A DNA stretch of 64,000 bases from an uncultured delta proteobacterium (lineage in GTDB: Bacteria > Desulfobacterota > RBG-13-43-22): contig CAVUPH010000007.1 in assembly GCA_963743305.1 (NCBI GenBank), forward strand, positions 1 through 64,000. Reading direction: 5' to 3'. The notes under the pieces are model-generated. The model saw only the letters and a list, made by a program, of their open reading frames with translations, searched no databases and was not told the DNA's origin. This document shows, in pieces, positions 29,951 to 41,378 of the stretch (position 1 is the first letter of the stretch; each line of letters starts with the position of its first letter). The position numbers were made by a program, and so were the translations under genes.

Positions 29951-32356
29951 TCACTCCCTTTTTTCCAGTACTGTTCTGACTTTGGCGGCCAGCTCTCTCA
30001 CCGAGAAGGGCTTGGGGATGAACTGTACACCCTCGTCCAGCATGCCCCGGTGGGCGATCACATCAGCGGTGTAGCCGGACATGAACAGGCATTTCATCGT
30101 CGGCCTGATCGCTTTAATTCGTTCCGCCAAGTCCCGGCCGTTCATTTCGGGCAGGATAACGTCGGCCATCAGAAGGTGAATCTCCCCGGTGTATTGCTCG
30201 ACCAAACGCAGGGCCTTCCCCGGTGCGCTCGCGGTCAGCACGATATATCCCAGCTTATTGAGGATCCCGCCGGCGAGTTTTAGCAGCGCGACCTCGTCCT
30301 CCACCACCAGCACGGTCTCGCCCTGACTTAACGGGAGCGCTCCCTCGCTTTCCTCCTGGATATCGACGGCCTGGCCCGCCTGACGGGCCAGGTAAACTTT
30401 AAAGGTCGTTCCTTTCCCCGGTTCACTATAGACGTTGATGAAGCCGTTGTTCTGTTTGACGATGCCGTAAACCGTGGCCAGCCCCAGACCGGTTCCCTGC
30501 CCCACCTCCTTGGTAGTAAAAAACGGTTCAAAAATGTGATCGAGGGTTCCTTTATCCATACCACAGCCATCGTCGCTTACGGCCAGCAGCGTGTACTCCC
30601 CCGGTACAAACCCCGGGTGATCGGCACAGTAGGCCTGATCAAAGACGGCGTTTCCCGTTTCGATGGTGACCTTGCCGACATGTTTAATGGCGTCCCGGGC
30701 GTTGACGCACAGATTGGCCAAGATTTGTTCGACCTGGCCGAGGTCCATCTTGACCGGCCACAGGCCCGACTCCGGCTGCCAAGCCAGATTGATGTCTTCG
30801 CCGATCAGCCGCCGGAGCATCTTGAGCATACCTTCCACAGTCTCATTCAGGTCGAGCACCTGAGGGTCGATCGTCTGCTTGCGGGCAAAGGCCAGCAATT
30901 GCCGAGTGAGTTCGACAGAACGCTGAGCGGCTTCCTGGATTTCCGTAAGATTGTCATGGAGGAGCGTCCCGGGACCCGCCCCGTCTAAAGCCATTTGCGT
31001 GTATCCTAGAATGATCCCCAGCATGTTATTAAAATCATGGGCCACACCGCCCGCCAGTCGGCCTACCGCCTCCATCTTCTGGGCCTGGCGGACCTGGGAC
31101 TCCAGGGAAAGTTTCTCGGTGATGTCCTCGACCATCTCGATCGCTGCCGTAACCTCGCCCGAGGCGTTGAGGATCGGAGAAGAAACGATGCGGTAATTTT
31201 GAACGCCACCGGCCCGCGGTGTTTGCGCCGTGGCTTCGTGGACCAGGCCGTCCTGCAGTGTCTTGTGGGTGGGACAATAGTCACACACCTCCTCGCGTGG
31301 CGGGTCGTTGAACGCGCGGTAGCAGATCGGGTGTTGCCCCGGATCGATGGCCGGGAACCACTCGCGCATCCGGTGGTTCAGGTCGAGAACCTCCATATTG
31401 GGACTGATAAGGGCCACGCCGATCCCGATATTGTCCAGGATGCTGCGCATCTTGGCTTCACTCCCTTCTAAGTCCCTCTCGGCCTGCTTGCGGGCGGTAA
31501 TGTCACGGGCGATCGCCTGGATGGCTATAGGTGTTCCGTTGGATATGACGGAAGATCCTTGTGTCTCAACGTATACAGGGGTACCGTCTTTGCGCCACAA
31601 CCTGAACTCAATCAAGGTCTTTTGAATACCGGTTTCGCGAATCTCCTCTAGTATTTTGATTGCCAGCGGAAGCTGATCTTCGCTTAAGAGGGAGGCAAAA
31701 TTGAGGGAACGGATCTCTGGCCTTGTATAGCCAAGACGATTCAAGGCGGCTTGGTTGGCATCGATGAAGCGACCTTCGATATCCATGGTGTAGACCAGGT
31801 CGAGCGAACGGTCGAAAAGAGCCTTGTAGCGCTCCTCGCTCTCCCGCAGGTTCTCCTCCGCCCGCTTGCGCACGATGATGTCCTGCTGAAGGTTTTCCAG
31901 GACGTGCTTTATTTCCTCGGTCCTCCTGGTTACCTCGAACTCCAGCTCTTTCTGGTAATTACGCATCAAGTCGTTGTAGGCCTTGACCCGCAGCAGGGAC
32001 CGGACCCGGGCTAAAAGCTCCAGCTTATCAACGGGATATGAAATAAAATCATCACACCCGGCTTCAATTCCCTTTATCCGATCTTCCGTTTCCTGCAATA
32101 CGGTAACCAAGATTATCGGAAGCAATCGCTGGGCCTGATCTTGTCTGACCCTGCGGATAACTTCAAAACCATCCATGCCGGGCATCATTACGTCCAGAAG
32201 GATCAGATCGATTGGATTATCAGAAAGTATCTCCAGCGCTTCTTCACCGTTGGTCGCCTTGACAATTTCATAACCTTGCGGAAGAAGATAGGCTTCGAGC
32301 AGTTCAATGTGTTGGGGCTCGTCATCTACAACTAAGATTACCGGTTTGTCTCTCAT
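29951..32356 (-). CDS. Hybrid sensor kinase REC-PAS-PAS-HisKA-HATPase-REC
   Basis: AHDFNNML, FEPFFTTK..GTGLGL, two receiver domains. Confidence 0.93.
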   Translation of the reverse strand: MRDKPVILVVDDEPQHIELLEAYLLPQGYEIVKATNGEEALEILSDNPIDLILLDVMMPGMDGFEVIRRVRQDQAQRLLPIILVTVLQETEDRIKGIEAGCDDFISYPVDKLELLARVRSLLRVKAYNDLMRNYQKELEFEVTRRTEEIKHVLENLQQDIIVRKRAEENLRESEERYKALFDRSLDLVYTMDIEGRFIDANQAALNRLGYTRPEIRSLNFASLLSEDQLPLAIKILEEIRETGIQKTLIEFRLWRKDGTPVYVETQGSSVISNGTPIAIQAIARDITARKQAERDLEGSEAKMRSILDNIGIGVALISPNMEVLDLNHRMREWFPAIDPGQHPICYRAFNDPPREEVCDYCPTHKTLQDGLVHEATAQTPRAGGVQNYRIVSSPILNASGEVTAAIEMVEDITEKLSLESQVRQAQKMEAVGRLAGGVAHDFNNMLGIILGYTQMALDGAGPGTLLHDNLTEIQEAAQRSVELTRQLLAFARKQTIDPQVLDLNETVEGMLKMLRRLIGEDINLAWQPESGLWPVKMDLGQVEQILANLCVNARDAIKHVGKVTIETGNAVFDQAYCADHPGFVPGEYTLLAVSDDGCGMDKGTLDHIFEPFFTTKEVGQGTGLGLATVYGIVKQNNGFINVYSEPGKGTTFKVYLARQAGQAVDIQEESEGALPLSQGETVLVVEDEVALLKLAGGILNKLGYIVLTASAPGKALRLVEQYTGEIHLLMADVILPEMNGRDLAERIKAIRPTMKCLFMSGYTADVIAHRGMLDEGVQFIPKPFSVRELAAKVRTVLEKRE

Positions 32357-32390
32357 CCTCTATCTTTCTCGAATTTGATTTTTCAGTAGA

Positions 32391-32765
32391 TTAGATAGCC
32401 GACTTAATAAATTGACTAATTTCTTTCGCAAAGGTGCGCGTATTTATCGGCTTGCCTATAAATCCGGTGTTGGATATGTCTTTTATCTCTTCTCGGCCTT
32501 CTGCCAAAACAGAAGCGGTCACAAAAACAATGGGAATATCGCCTGTTTCTTTTTCTTGACGTAATATTTTGGCGGCTTCGGTGCCGCGCATATCCGGAAG
32601 CCGCACATCCATTACTATAATATCCGGTATTTCTCTCCTGGCAATGGCCATTCCATCGGCAGCATTTTCAGCTCCAAATACTTCAAAGCCGGCGACCATC
32701 AAAAGGTCTTTCTCCAACATCAGATTGTTTCCGTTATCATCGACAATTAATGCTTTCGGCCTCAT
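32391..32765 (-). CDS. Single-domain response regulator (DivK-like)
   Basis: IVDD, MDVRLP, VTA, GKP. Confidence 0.9.
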   Translation of the reverse strand: MRPKALIVDDNGNNLMLEKDLLMVAGFEVFGAENAADGMAIARREIPDIIVMDVRLPDMRGTEAAKILRQEKETGDIPIVFVTASVLAEGREEIKDISNTGFIGKPINTRTFAKEISQFIKSAI

Positions 32766-34023
32766 CGCACACCACCCTCCTGGATATAATAGGAAGAGTA
32801 AATCGGACCGAGGTGCCTTTATTTAGCCCCTCTGATTCTACAGAAAGATCCCCGCCGTGAAGCTCAACCAGTTTTTTAGAAAGCGGCAAACCGAGTCCGG
32901 TCCCCTCAGTTACCCGAGAATAGGGAGTATCGACCCGGAAGAACCCTTCAAATATCTTCCCCATGTTTTCAGGGGCGATACCGACCCCCGTATCCCAGAC
33001 CACTATTTCTATCTCGGAATCAGCTTTCTTCGCCCGCATGCCAATCTTACCACCCTCGGGGGTAAATTTAACCGCGTTTGAAAGCAGGTTGTAAATTATC
33101 TCTTTCACCTTGAGATCATCTGCCTCTATATTTGGCAGATCTTCGGCTATTTCAAGCAACATTTCAATTTTCTTTTTGCTCATCAAATCCGCTACCAGCA
33201 GTGAAATCTCATTTAATAGGCTTTTCATGGGTAAGTTGGACAAAGCCAACTTCATCTTTCCGGCTTCAACTTTGGCCATATCAAGTATCTGGTTAATCAG
33301 TAAGAGAAGGTGCTTCCCGCTGGTTAAAACATTCGTAACGTATTTTTTCTGCTTCTCATTAAGCGGTCCGAAGGTCTCATCGTATAATACCTCAGAGAAA
33401 CCGTTAATGGAGTTAAGCGGGGTCCTGAGTTCATGCGACATGTTGGCCAGAAACTCAGATTTTACCTGAGCGGTACGTTTTAACTCGCTGGCCAACTCCT
33501 TCAATTCTTCATGGGCTGTTTCCAGACCGTTTTCTATTTCCCTGCGCTCAGTGACGTCCTCGATGGCCAGGAGGATGATACGCTCTTTTCCCCACACTCT
33601 TTGAATCTGCCGGGCATTCAAAAGCATGGTGCGCCTGCCGATGGAAGCAAAATCATGTTCAACCTCATAGTTATCAAAGGTTGTCTTTTGAGGAAGTATG
33701 GTTTCCAGCAATTCCCGCAACTTAGGGATATCCCACTGTTTATTGCCCAGGTCATAAATAAGGTGTCCCACGGTCTCTTCAGGCATTACCTTAAAGAATT
33801 CATAAAAGGAGCGGTTGACCGTGACCACCCTTAAATCCTGATCCAGGGCGATTAAGGGTTCCCGTACGGTGTTGATGATGCTCTCGGCATAGCGACGGGC
33901 CTCCTCGACTGCCAGCTCAGCCGACTTATTCCCGGTTATTGATTTTTCCAGCGCGGCATTTTTCGAACGTAATTCCGATAATTCATGGACGAATTGCGCT
34001 CTGGTTTTGTCATCATCTTTCAT
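32737..34023 (-). CDS. PAS sensor histidine kinase
   Basis: FLANMSHELRTPLN, NLLSNAVKFT, GTGLGL. Confidence 0.93.
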   Translation of the reverse strand: MKDDDKTRAQFVHELSELRSKNAALEKSITGNKSAELAVEEARRYAESIINTVREPLIALDQDLRVVTVNRSFYEFFKVMPEETVGHLIYDLGNKQWDIPKLRELLETILPQKTTFDNYEVEHDFASIGRRTMLLNARQIQRVWGKERIILLAIEDVTERREIENGLETAHEELKELASELKRTAQVKSEFLANMSHELRTPLNSINGFSEVLYDETFGPLNEKQKKYVTNVLTSGKHLLLLINQILDMAKVEAGKMKLALSNLPMKSLLNEISLLVADLMSKKKIEMLLEIAEDLPNIEADDLKVKEIIYNLLSNAVKFTPEGGKIGMRAKKADSEIEIVVWDTGVGIAPENMGKIFEGFFRVDTPYSRVTEGTGLGLPLSKKLVELHGGDLSVESEGLNKGTSVRFTLPIISRRVVCDEAESINCR

Positions 34024-34060
34024 GCGGCCACCTATTAGATGTTAGAACTGAAACAAAAGG

Positions 34061-34130
34061 CGCTCCACCCTTTCGGGTGGGTACCCCCCCTATCTGGTAT
34101 GGTCGAAGGGTCTCGGCGAAAAGATTTATC
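34061..34130 (-). repeat. Dispersed ~70-bp repeat, copy B
   Basis: Reverse complement matches copy A; perfect CCACCC-GAAA-GGGTGG hairpin. Confidence 0.75.
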
Positions 34131-34144
34131 ATAACACCACCATT

Positions 34145-34250
34145 CCCCAGAATAAGGTAATTGATTCTAAAAAGCCAGAAATTGATGATCCGATCACCGA
34201 TGTACTTCGCCAGGGAGTCCGGCAACTGTTGACCGCCGCTTTAGAGGCCA
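34145..34250 (+). mobile_element. IS256-like transposase N-terminal remnant
   Basis: Translates as KPEIDDPITDVLRQGVRQLLTAALEA, resembling IS256-family N-termini. Confidence 0.55.
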
Positions 34251-34420
34251 TCCCTACCTTAGAGGATCCCTTCAGTGCCCTATGCAAGAACTATTAATGC
34301 TGTCCATAGTTCACTTTGGTCTTATCCGAGCTCACCACCATGGGACTTTTTGCGAAACCATCAAAAGGTCTATATTTCCATTTTTTCCCGATGGCTAAAT
34401 CGAATTTATGAATCGAGGGA

Positions 34421-35530
34421 CTAAGGCGTAATCGGACGGATTTCTATTCGAATTGCAACCGGCTCTTCTTGGGGAGGAGGGAGACGTCCTTTTCCCTGGA
34501 TTTCACCCAGGGTGTTCAGTTGGTCGAGGAGTTCGGGGATTGTTGGAGACGCTACGGCGGCGGTAATAATCTCTACCTCAGGCCTTGTCTCCTGGTGGAC
34601 ATTCTTAGCGCCTATCTGCCGGAGCAGGTCCAGGGCTTTTACTGCGGCTTCCTGAACGTCTCGAACCCGGAGGGTAAACCCTGTCGGGGTTGATTTAAAA
34701 GCGGCGGCCGGTCCGACCGTTGAGCGGCCTGAGGCCGATTTACCCTTCTCTTCCAATAATTCAAAGGCTCGTGGTTGCGCCCGGTCCTTTTCTTTCGTGA
34801 CCGCCCCCAAGGCTGGGGCCGGTTTGCTTTCAGAGGGCTCCATTTTTTTCAGAGGGGCAGCGGGATTTACGGGCGCCTCCATTTTATTGGCGAAGATTTC
34901 ATTCGGGGTTTCCCTGGCCGGCGGCATCGAGGATCCGGCTGCCGCAGCTCTCTTCTCTTCCGCACTTTTATCCCCCGGGATCCCTGATCCCGAGAGTTGG
35001 CGGGCAGCCGGTTCTTTCTCCAGCCGACTCCGGGCCGCAGTTTTGGTTTCCAGATTTGGGGGGATTATCGGGGCTGCCGGGGCCGTGGGAACCGGAGCAG
35101 TCTCCTTTCCCTTTTCCTGATAGGCAAACTCCTTAGGGACGGGGGAAACCGATTCCGAAGGCGCCCTTAAAAGCGGCGTCTCCGGTTCGTTGACTTGGAA
35201 GACATAAACCGCCAGAATCACTACCAGGACGGAAGCCATCGCCTCCAGGGGAATTTTAATATGGAGGGGATAAAACAATTTTCTAAGGAGACCTCTTTCC
35301 CCGGCTGCTTCTTCACGGACCCGGACCATAACCTTTTGAGTGAACCAGGGAGGGGGAGCGACCTCCGGGAGACGGCTCAAAAGGTCCTTGGTCCGGTTCA
35401 GGTCCTGGAGAGCCCGGCGGCAGGGTTCACAGGAGTGAAGGTGGTTTTCCAGGTCCTTTTGGTCCTGACCGGAAATCAATCCTTCCTGATAGGCCGGGAG
35501 TCTTTTCTCAAATTCCTGGCAGGGGTTCAT
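34421..35530 (-). CDS. Zinc-binding anti-sigma factor (zf-HC2, one TM helix)
   Basis: HLHSCEPC (HxxxCxxC) plus TM helix; coupled to the ECF sigma gene. Confidence 0.85.
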   Translation of the reverse strand: MNPCQEFEKRLPAYQEGLISGQDQKDLENHLHSCEPCRRALQDLNRTKDLLSRLPEVAPPPWFTQKVMVRVREEAAGERGLLRKLFYPLHIKIPLEAMASVLVVILAVYVFQVNEPETPLLRAPSESVSPVPKEFAYQEKGKETAPVPTAPAAPIIPPNLETKTAARSRLEKEPAARQLSGSGIPGDKSAEEKRAAAAGSSMPPARETPNEIFANKMEAPVNPAAPLKKMEPSESKPAPALGAVTKEKDRAQPRAFELLEEKGKSASGRSTVGPAAAFKSTPTGFTLRVRDVQEAAVKALDLLRQIGAKNVHQETRPEVEIITAAVASPTIPELLDQLNTLGEIQGKGRLPPPQEEPVAIRIEIRPITP

Positions 35531-36171
35531 AAGTCACCAAAACCTTTTTTCAGACAATTCTTGACGGACTCCCTGGCCCGGAAAAGACGGGATTTGACCG
35601 TTCCATCGGGGAGTTTAAGGGTCTGCTGTATCTCCTCATAGGAATGTCCCAGAATATCGCGGAGGACCAAAACTTCCCGATAGCCCTCGTCCAATTGACT
35701 GATGCATTCCTGAACCTTTTTTTCGATTTCCTTCTTTTCCAATTGGACCAGGACCGAGGCCTCCAGGGAGGGAGGATCGGGGTCCAAACGTCCCGACCCT
35801 GCCGCCGGAGGATCATCGAGGGACAGCGCGTGGTGACGTTCCCGGGAGGCGATCTGCTTCAAGCGGTTTCTGACCTGATTGAGCACGATGCCATAGAGCC
35901 AGCTCGAAAATTTTGCCTCGCCTCTAAATTTTCTGATGGCGCGGAACGCGGATAAAAAGGCCTCCTGCACTGCGTCGGCGGCCTCTTCATAATCCCCCAG
36001 CAGCCGGTAGGCGAGGTTGAGCATCTTCTTCTGGTACTTTTCCACCAGGGCTTCAAAGGCTCGGAGATCTCCCTTCTGCGTCGATCGGACCAGGACTTCG
36101 TCCTCATCGGCCATCGACCGGATTGTTCCATCGTTACTATTAGAGCTGTTCACCGGCTCAATTGTTCCCAT
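35527..36171 (-). CDS. ECF RNA polymerase sigma factor (start uncertain)
   Basis: DAVQEAF..FRGEAKFSSWLY; SYEEI..GTVKSRLFRAR. Confidence 0.93.
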   Translation of the reverse strand: MGTIEPVNSSNSNDGTIRSMADEDEVLVRSTQKGDLRAFEALVEKYQKKMLNLAYRLLGDYEEAADAVQEAFLSAFRAIRKFRGEAKFSSWLYGIVLNQVRNRLKQIASRERHHALSLDDPPAAGSGRLDPDPPSLEASVLVQLEKKEIEKKVQECISQLDEGYREVLVLRDILGHSYEEIQQTLKLPDGTVKSRLFRARESVKNCLKKGFGDL

Positions 36172-36240
36172 CGGAATGACTTGGGCACCCTTTGTTTTAA
36201 AATATAGAGTTATAGCTTTTTTTATGCTACAAAACAACCT

Positions 36241-36978
36241 ATGGATCTAAAGGTCCCCTCATCCGTAACCCTGTTTATTCCCTGTCTGATGGATTCCCTT
36301 TATCCTCAGGCGGCCCGGGATCTGGTGGAATTGCTGAAAAAATGCGGCTTCCGAGTGGATTATCCGAAAGGACAGACCTGCTGCGGGCAGCCGGCTTTTA
36401 ACCAGGGCTATTTTGATGTCGCCCGGAAGCTGGCTCGCCGGTTTCTCGATATTTTCGAAGCGGCGGAATGCATTGTCTGTCCCTCCGGTTCCTGCACGGC
36501 CATGGTCAGGAACCACTACCCGGAACTATTGACGGCAGAGCCGGTCTGGCTGGAAAAGGCCCTGGCCGTGGGGGGGAAAATATTTGAGGCTTCACAGTTC
36601 CTGACCGCCTTCGCGGCCTCCGAAAAGATTCGGGCCCATTTCCAGGGAAAAGTCACTTATCACGACTCCTGCCACTCCGCCCGCAGCCTGGGAATATACG
36701 AGGAGCCCAGGCGGTTGCTCTCTCAAGTCCAAGGGCTGGAGTTGGTTGAAATGGCCGATTCCAAGGCCTGCTGCGGTTTCGGCGGGCTGTTTTCCCGGCG
36801 TTTTCCCGAGGTCTCGCAGGCCATCACCGTGGAAAAGATAAAACAAATCCTGGCCACCGGGGCGGAATGGGTGGTCGGCAACGACCCGGGCTGCCTGATG
36901 AATATCCAGGGCGGTTTGAACCGGCTCAAGTCGCCGATCCAGGTTAAACACCTCGTGGAAATACTAAATAGCCGATGA
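36241..36978 (+). CDS. lutA: Lactate utilization Fe-S protein A
   Basis: QTCCGQPAFN, YHDSCH, CCGFGG. Confidence 0.88.
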   Translation: MDLKVPSSVTLFIPCLMDSLYPQAARDLVELLKKCGFRVDYPKGQTCCGQPAFNQGYFDVARKLARRFLDIFEAAECIVCPSGSCTAMVRNHYPELLTAEPVWLEKALAVGGKIFEASQFLTAFAASEKIRAHFQGKVTYHDSCHSARSLGIYEEPRRLLSQVQGLELVEMADSKACCGFGGLFSRRFPEVSQAITVEKIKQILATGAEWVVGNDPGCLMNIQGGLNRLKSPIQVKHLVEILNSR

Positions 36979-38336
36979 ACATACGAACCGAACAGTTTAG
37001 AAAACAGGCCGCCCTGGCCCTGGAAGATAAGACCATGCAGGAGGCCATATCCCGGGCTTCCGGTCGTTTCAGCCAGAACCGGACCAAGGCCTTCGGGGAG
37101 CTGCCTGAGGCCGAGGCCCTTCGGACCCGGGCCCACGATATCAAGGCCGAAGCCATAGCGCATCTGGACGATTACCTGGAGGAATTCACGGCCTCGGCCC
37201 AAAAGCTGGGCATTACCGTGCACCGCGCCGCGGACGGGGCCGACGCCTGCCGCTATATCGGAGACCTGGCTCAATCCCAGGGGATCGAGATGGTGGTCAA
37301 GGGCAAGTCCATGACCACTGAAGAGATCGACCTGAACCGCTACCTGGAGGCCGCCGGAATCCAGGTCTGGGAGACCGACCTGGGCGAATTTATCATCCAG
37401 TTGGCCGGGGAAGGGCCTTCCCATATTATCGCCCCGGCCCTGCACAAGACCCAGCAGGAGATCGCCCTCCTTTTCAATAAAAAATTAGGGGTGCCGCTCT
37501 ATGATGACCCGGTAAAACTGACCCAGGTGGCCCGGGAATTCCTGCGGGACAAATATTTTCAGGCCGGTCTGGGGATCAGCGGGGCCAACTTCGCGCTGGC
37601 CCGAACCGGAACCATCGTCATCTTGGAAAACGAGGGTAACGCCCGTTTCTCCACTACCTTCCCCCGGATCCATGTGGCGCTGGTGGGGATAGAAAAGGTG
37701 ATTCCCGGACTTCGGGAACTGGGGATCTTTCTGAAACTACTGGCCCGAAGCGCCACCGGACAGAAAGCCTCCACCTATGTTTCTCTGATCCAGGGGCCCC
37801 GTCGGCCCGGAGAACTGGACGGTCCGGAAGAAATGCACATCGTGCTGTTGGATAACGGACGAAGCCGCTTCCGCCGGGACGACGAAATGCGGCCGTCGCT
37901 GTATTGCCTGCGTTGCGGAGCCTGTTTGAATGTCTGCCCGGTTTACCAGCGGATCGGCGGTCATGCCTATGGCTGGGTTTACAGCGGACCCATCGGGTCC
38001 CTGATGACGCCCCAATTCTTGGGGATTCAACGGGCTAAATACCTGCCTCTGGCCTCCACCCTCTGCCGGGCCTGCGCCGAGGTCTGTCCGGTCCGGATTC
38101 CTCTGCCCGATTTGCTCCTGACCCTGCGCCGGCGGATTGTGGAGCAGCACGGTCTTCCCTGGCTGGAAAGAAAAATGATGGAAATCTGGGGGTTCTGTCA
38201 AAGCAGCCCGGAAAGATACCAAGCGGCCCTTGGTCTGGCCCGGATCGGGGAGGGATTCACCTCAGGTCTTTTGCCGACCGGGGGAGACCTGCCTGAAAAA
38301 AACTTTCATCGGATTTGGGAAGATGGACAGGACTGA
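36975..38336 (+). CDS. lutB: Lactate utilization protein B
   Basis: KGKSMTTEE, ETDLGEFIIQ, CLRCGACLNVCP. Confidence 0.92.
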   Translation: MNIRTEQFRKQAALALEDKTMQEAISRASGRFSQNRTKAFGELPEAEALRTRAHDIKAEAIAHLDDYLEEFTASAQKLGITVHRAADGADACRYIGDLAQSQGIEMVVKGKSMTTEEIDLNRYLEAAGIQVWETDLGEFIIQLAGEGPSHIIAPALHKTQQEIALLFNKKLGVPLYDDPVKLTQVAREFLRDKYFQAGLGISGANFALARTGTIVILENEGNARFSTTFPRIHVALVGIEKVIPGLRELGIFLKLLARSATGQKASTYVSLIQGPRRPGELDGPEEMHIVLLDNGRSRFRRDDEMRPSLYCLRCGACLNVCPVYQRIGGHAYGWVYSGPIGSLMTPQFLGIQRAKYLPLASTLCRACAEVCPVRIPLPDLLLTLRRRIVEQHGLPWLERKMMEIWGFCQSSPERYQAALGLARIGEGFTSGLLPTGGDLPEKNFHRIWEDGQD

Positions 38337-38898
38337 TTGGCTCGACCGGCTGGAACTGGAACTCAAGGCCCTGCAGGCCCGAACCTTTCGGGCCGAGGAC
38401 CCGGCCGCTTTAAAGGAAATTTTACAAACCCTATGTCGGGACTGTCTTCCTGAGGCCGTTGCCCGGGAAGACCGCCCCTGGCTGGAAAAACTGGATCTGG
38501 GGTTTCCCGTTTATCAGCCGGCGGATAGACTTCATCCGGGAAACGGGTCATGGAAACCGCTTCGGGATATTACCGTGGGGATCACCGGGGTGGATTACGC
38601 TTTGGCGGAAACCGGCACCCTGGTGCTGACTTCGGGACAGTCGAGAGGACGAGGACTTTCCTTGGCCCCTCGTCACCATATCGCCTTGTTGCCCTTGGAA
38701 CGGTTGCTGTTCTCCTTAGACCAGTTCCTGGATCTTTATTCCGACGGGGAAAGCTTTTTGACCCAGGGCAGCGCCGTGACCTTTATTTCCGGGGCCAGCC
38801 GCACGGCGGACATTGAGCTGAATCTGGTCCTCGGCGCCCACGGTCCCAAGGAATTGAGTGTCGTGACCCTGTGTTTTCCGGTGGGGATAGCGGGTTGA
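38323..38898 (+). CDS. lutC: Lactate utilization protein C (LUD domain)
   Basis: ALAETGTLV, SRTADIEL..GAHGP. Confidence 0.88.
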   Translation: MDRTDWLDRLELELKALQARTFRAEDPAALKEILQTLCRDCLPEAVAREDRPWLEKLDLGFPVYQPADRLHPGNGSWKPLRDITVGITGVDYALAETGTLVLTSGQSRGRGLSLAPRHHIALLPLERLLFSLDQFLDLYSDGESFLTQGSAVTFISGASRTADIELNLVLGAHGPKELSVVTLCFPVGIAG

Positions 38899-38972
38899 TA
38901 GTTTGAGGTTACGCCCAGAACGAGAATAGAATCGATGATCTCGTCACTAAAGAAAACGAGGAGTTTCAGGTC

Positions 38973-39962
38973 ATGCCCATTTTTATTCAAGGAACCGGAT
39001 CATATCTTCCTCCCCAGGTGTTGCACAACCGAGACCTGGAAAAAATATTGGACACCAACGATGAATGGATCACCCAGCGGACCGGGATTCGTGAGCGGCG
39101 GGTGGCCGAGCCCCAGGTGGCCGCCTCCGATCTGGCCCTGGAGGCCTCCCGGAGGGCTTTGGAAATGGCCGGCGTGAGCGTGACGGACTTGCAGCTCATC
39201 ATCGTAGCCACCATCACCCCGGATACCCACTGCCCGGCCGCGTCCAACTGGCTGCAGGCCAAATTGGGGGCCGACCAGGCGGTGACCTTTGACATTACCG
39301 CCGCCTGCTCCGGTTTCGTTTTTGCCCTGAACGTGGCGGAACAATATCTGAAGGCCGGGACTTTCCAGACTATCCTGGTCGTGGCCTCGGAGATCATGAC
39401 CCGGACTTTGAACTGGAAGGACCGGACTTCGGCTATCCTCTGGGGGGACGGGGCCGGCGCCGTGGTGTTGACCGCGAACCCGGGAGGGCAGGGTCATCCG
39501 ATCCTTTCCACCCACATTCACACCGACGGGGCCAACGGGGCCAATCTGCTCCTGCCGGGTGGCGGCTCCAAGACCACGCCCATCTCCCATGAAAGCGTGG
39601 ATCGGGACCTCCATACGCTTAAACTAATCGAGGCCAGCGCCTCGGTGCGGGTGGCGGTGAAACATTTTGCTGAAGCCTGTGTCGAAGCCGTGGAAACCAA
39701 CGGGTACACCCTGGGAGAGGTGGACTGGGTAATTCCCCACCAGGCCAACCTGCGAATGCTCCAGTCTCTGGCCAAGCGGCTGAATGTGCCTATAGAGAAG
39801 TTCTACCTGACGTTGCAGAAATTCGGGAATATTTCGTCGGCCTCCATCCCCATCGCTTTGGACGAGGCCGTCCGGACAGGGGCCATTCGGAAAGACCAGT
39901 TGGTAGTGCTAACGGCCTTTGGGGGAGGATTGACTTGGGCGAGCGCGTTGATTCGCTGGTAA
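38973..39962 (+). CDS. fabH: 3-oxoacyl-ACP synthase III
   Basis: AACSGF, GDGAGA, PHQAN, GNISSAS, FGGGLTW. Confidence 0.93.
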   Translation: MPIFIQGTGSYLPPQVLHNRDLEKILDTNDEWITQRTGIRERRVAEPQVAASDLALEASRRALEMAGVSVTDLQLIIVATITPDTHCPAASNWLQAKLGADQAVTFDITAACSGFVFALNVAEQYLKAGTFQTILVVASEIMTRTLNWKDRTSAILWGDGAGAVVLTANPGGQGHPILSTHIHTDGANGANLLLPGGGSKTTPISHESVDRDLHTLKLIEASASVRVAVKHFAEACVEAVETNGYTLGEVDWVIPHQANLRMLQSLAKRLNVPIEKFYLTLQKFGNISSASIPIALDEAVRTGAIRKDQLVVLTAFGGGLTWASALIRW

Positions 39963-40037
39963 ATAGGACCCAGTGAGTAGTAGGCGGTAAGCAGTAAGGG
40001 GAGTGGGGCCAGGGGTTTAAAAAAAGGGAACTAAATC

Positions 40038-40074
40038 AAAAAGGGGGCTGGAGTCTTCTCCAGCCCCCTTTTTT
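40038..40074. terminator. Bidirectional intrinsic terminator between fabH and ahcY
   Basis: AAAAAGGGGGCTGGAG-tctt-CTCCAGCCCCCTTTTTT. Confidence 0.85.
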
Positions 40075-40088
40075 GTTCATCGGTTGGA

Positions 40089-41348
<1,260 letters not shown>

Positions 41349-41378
41349 TTATCCTTTCTTTTGAGGCCTATTTCGCGG

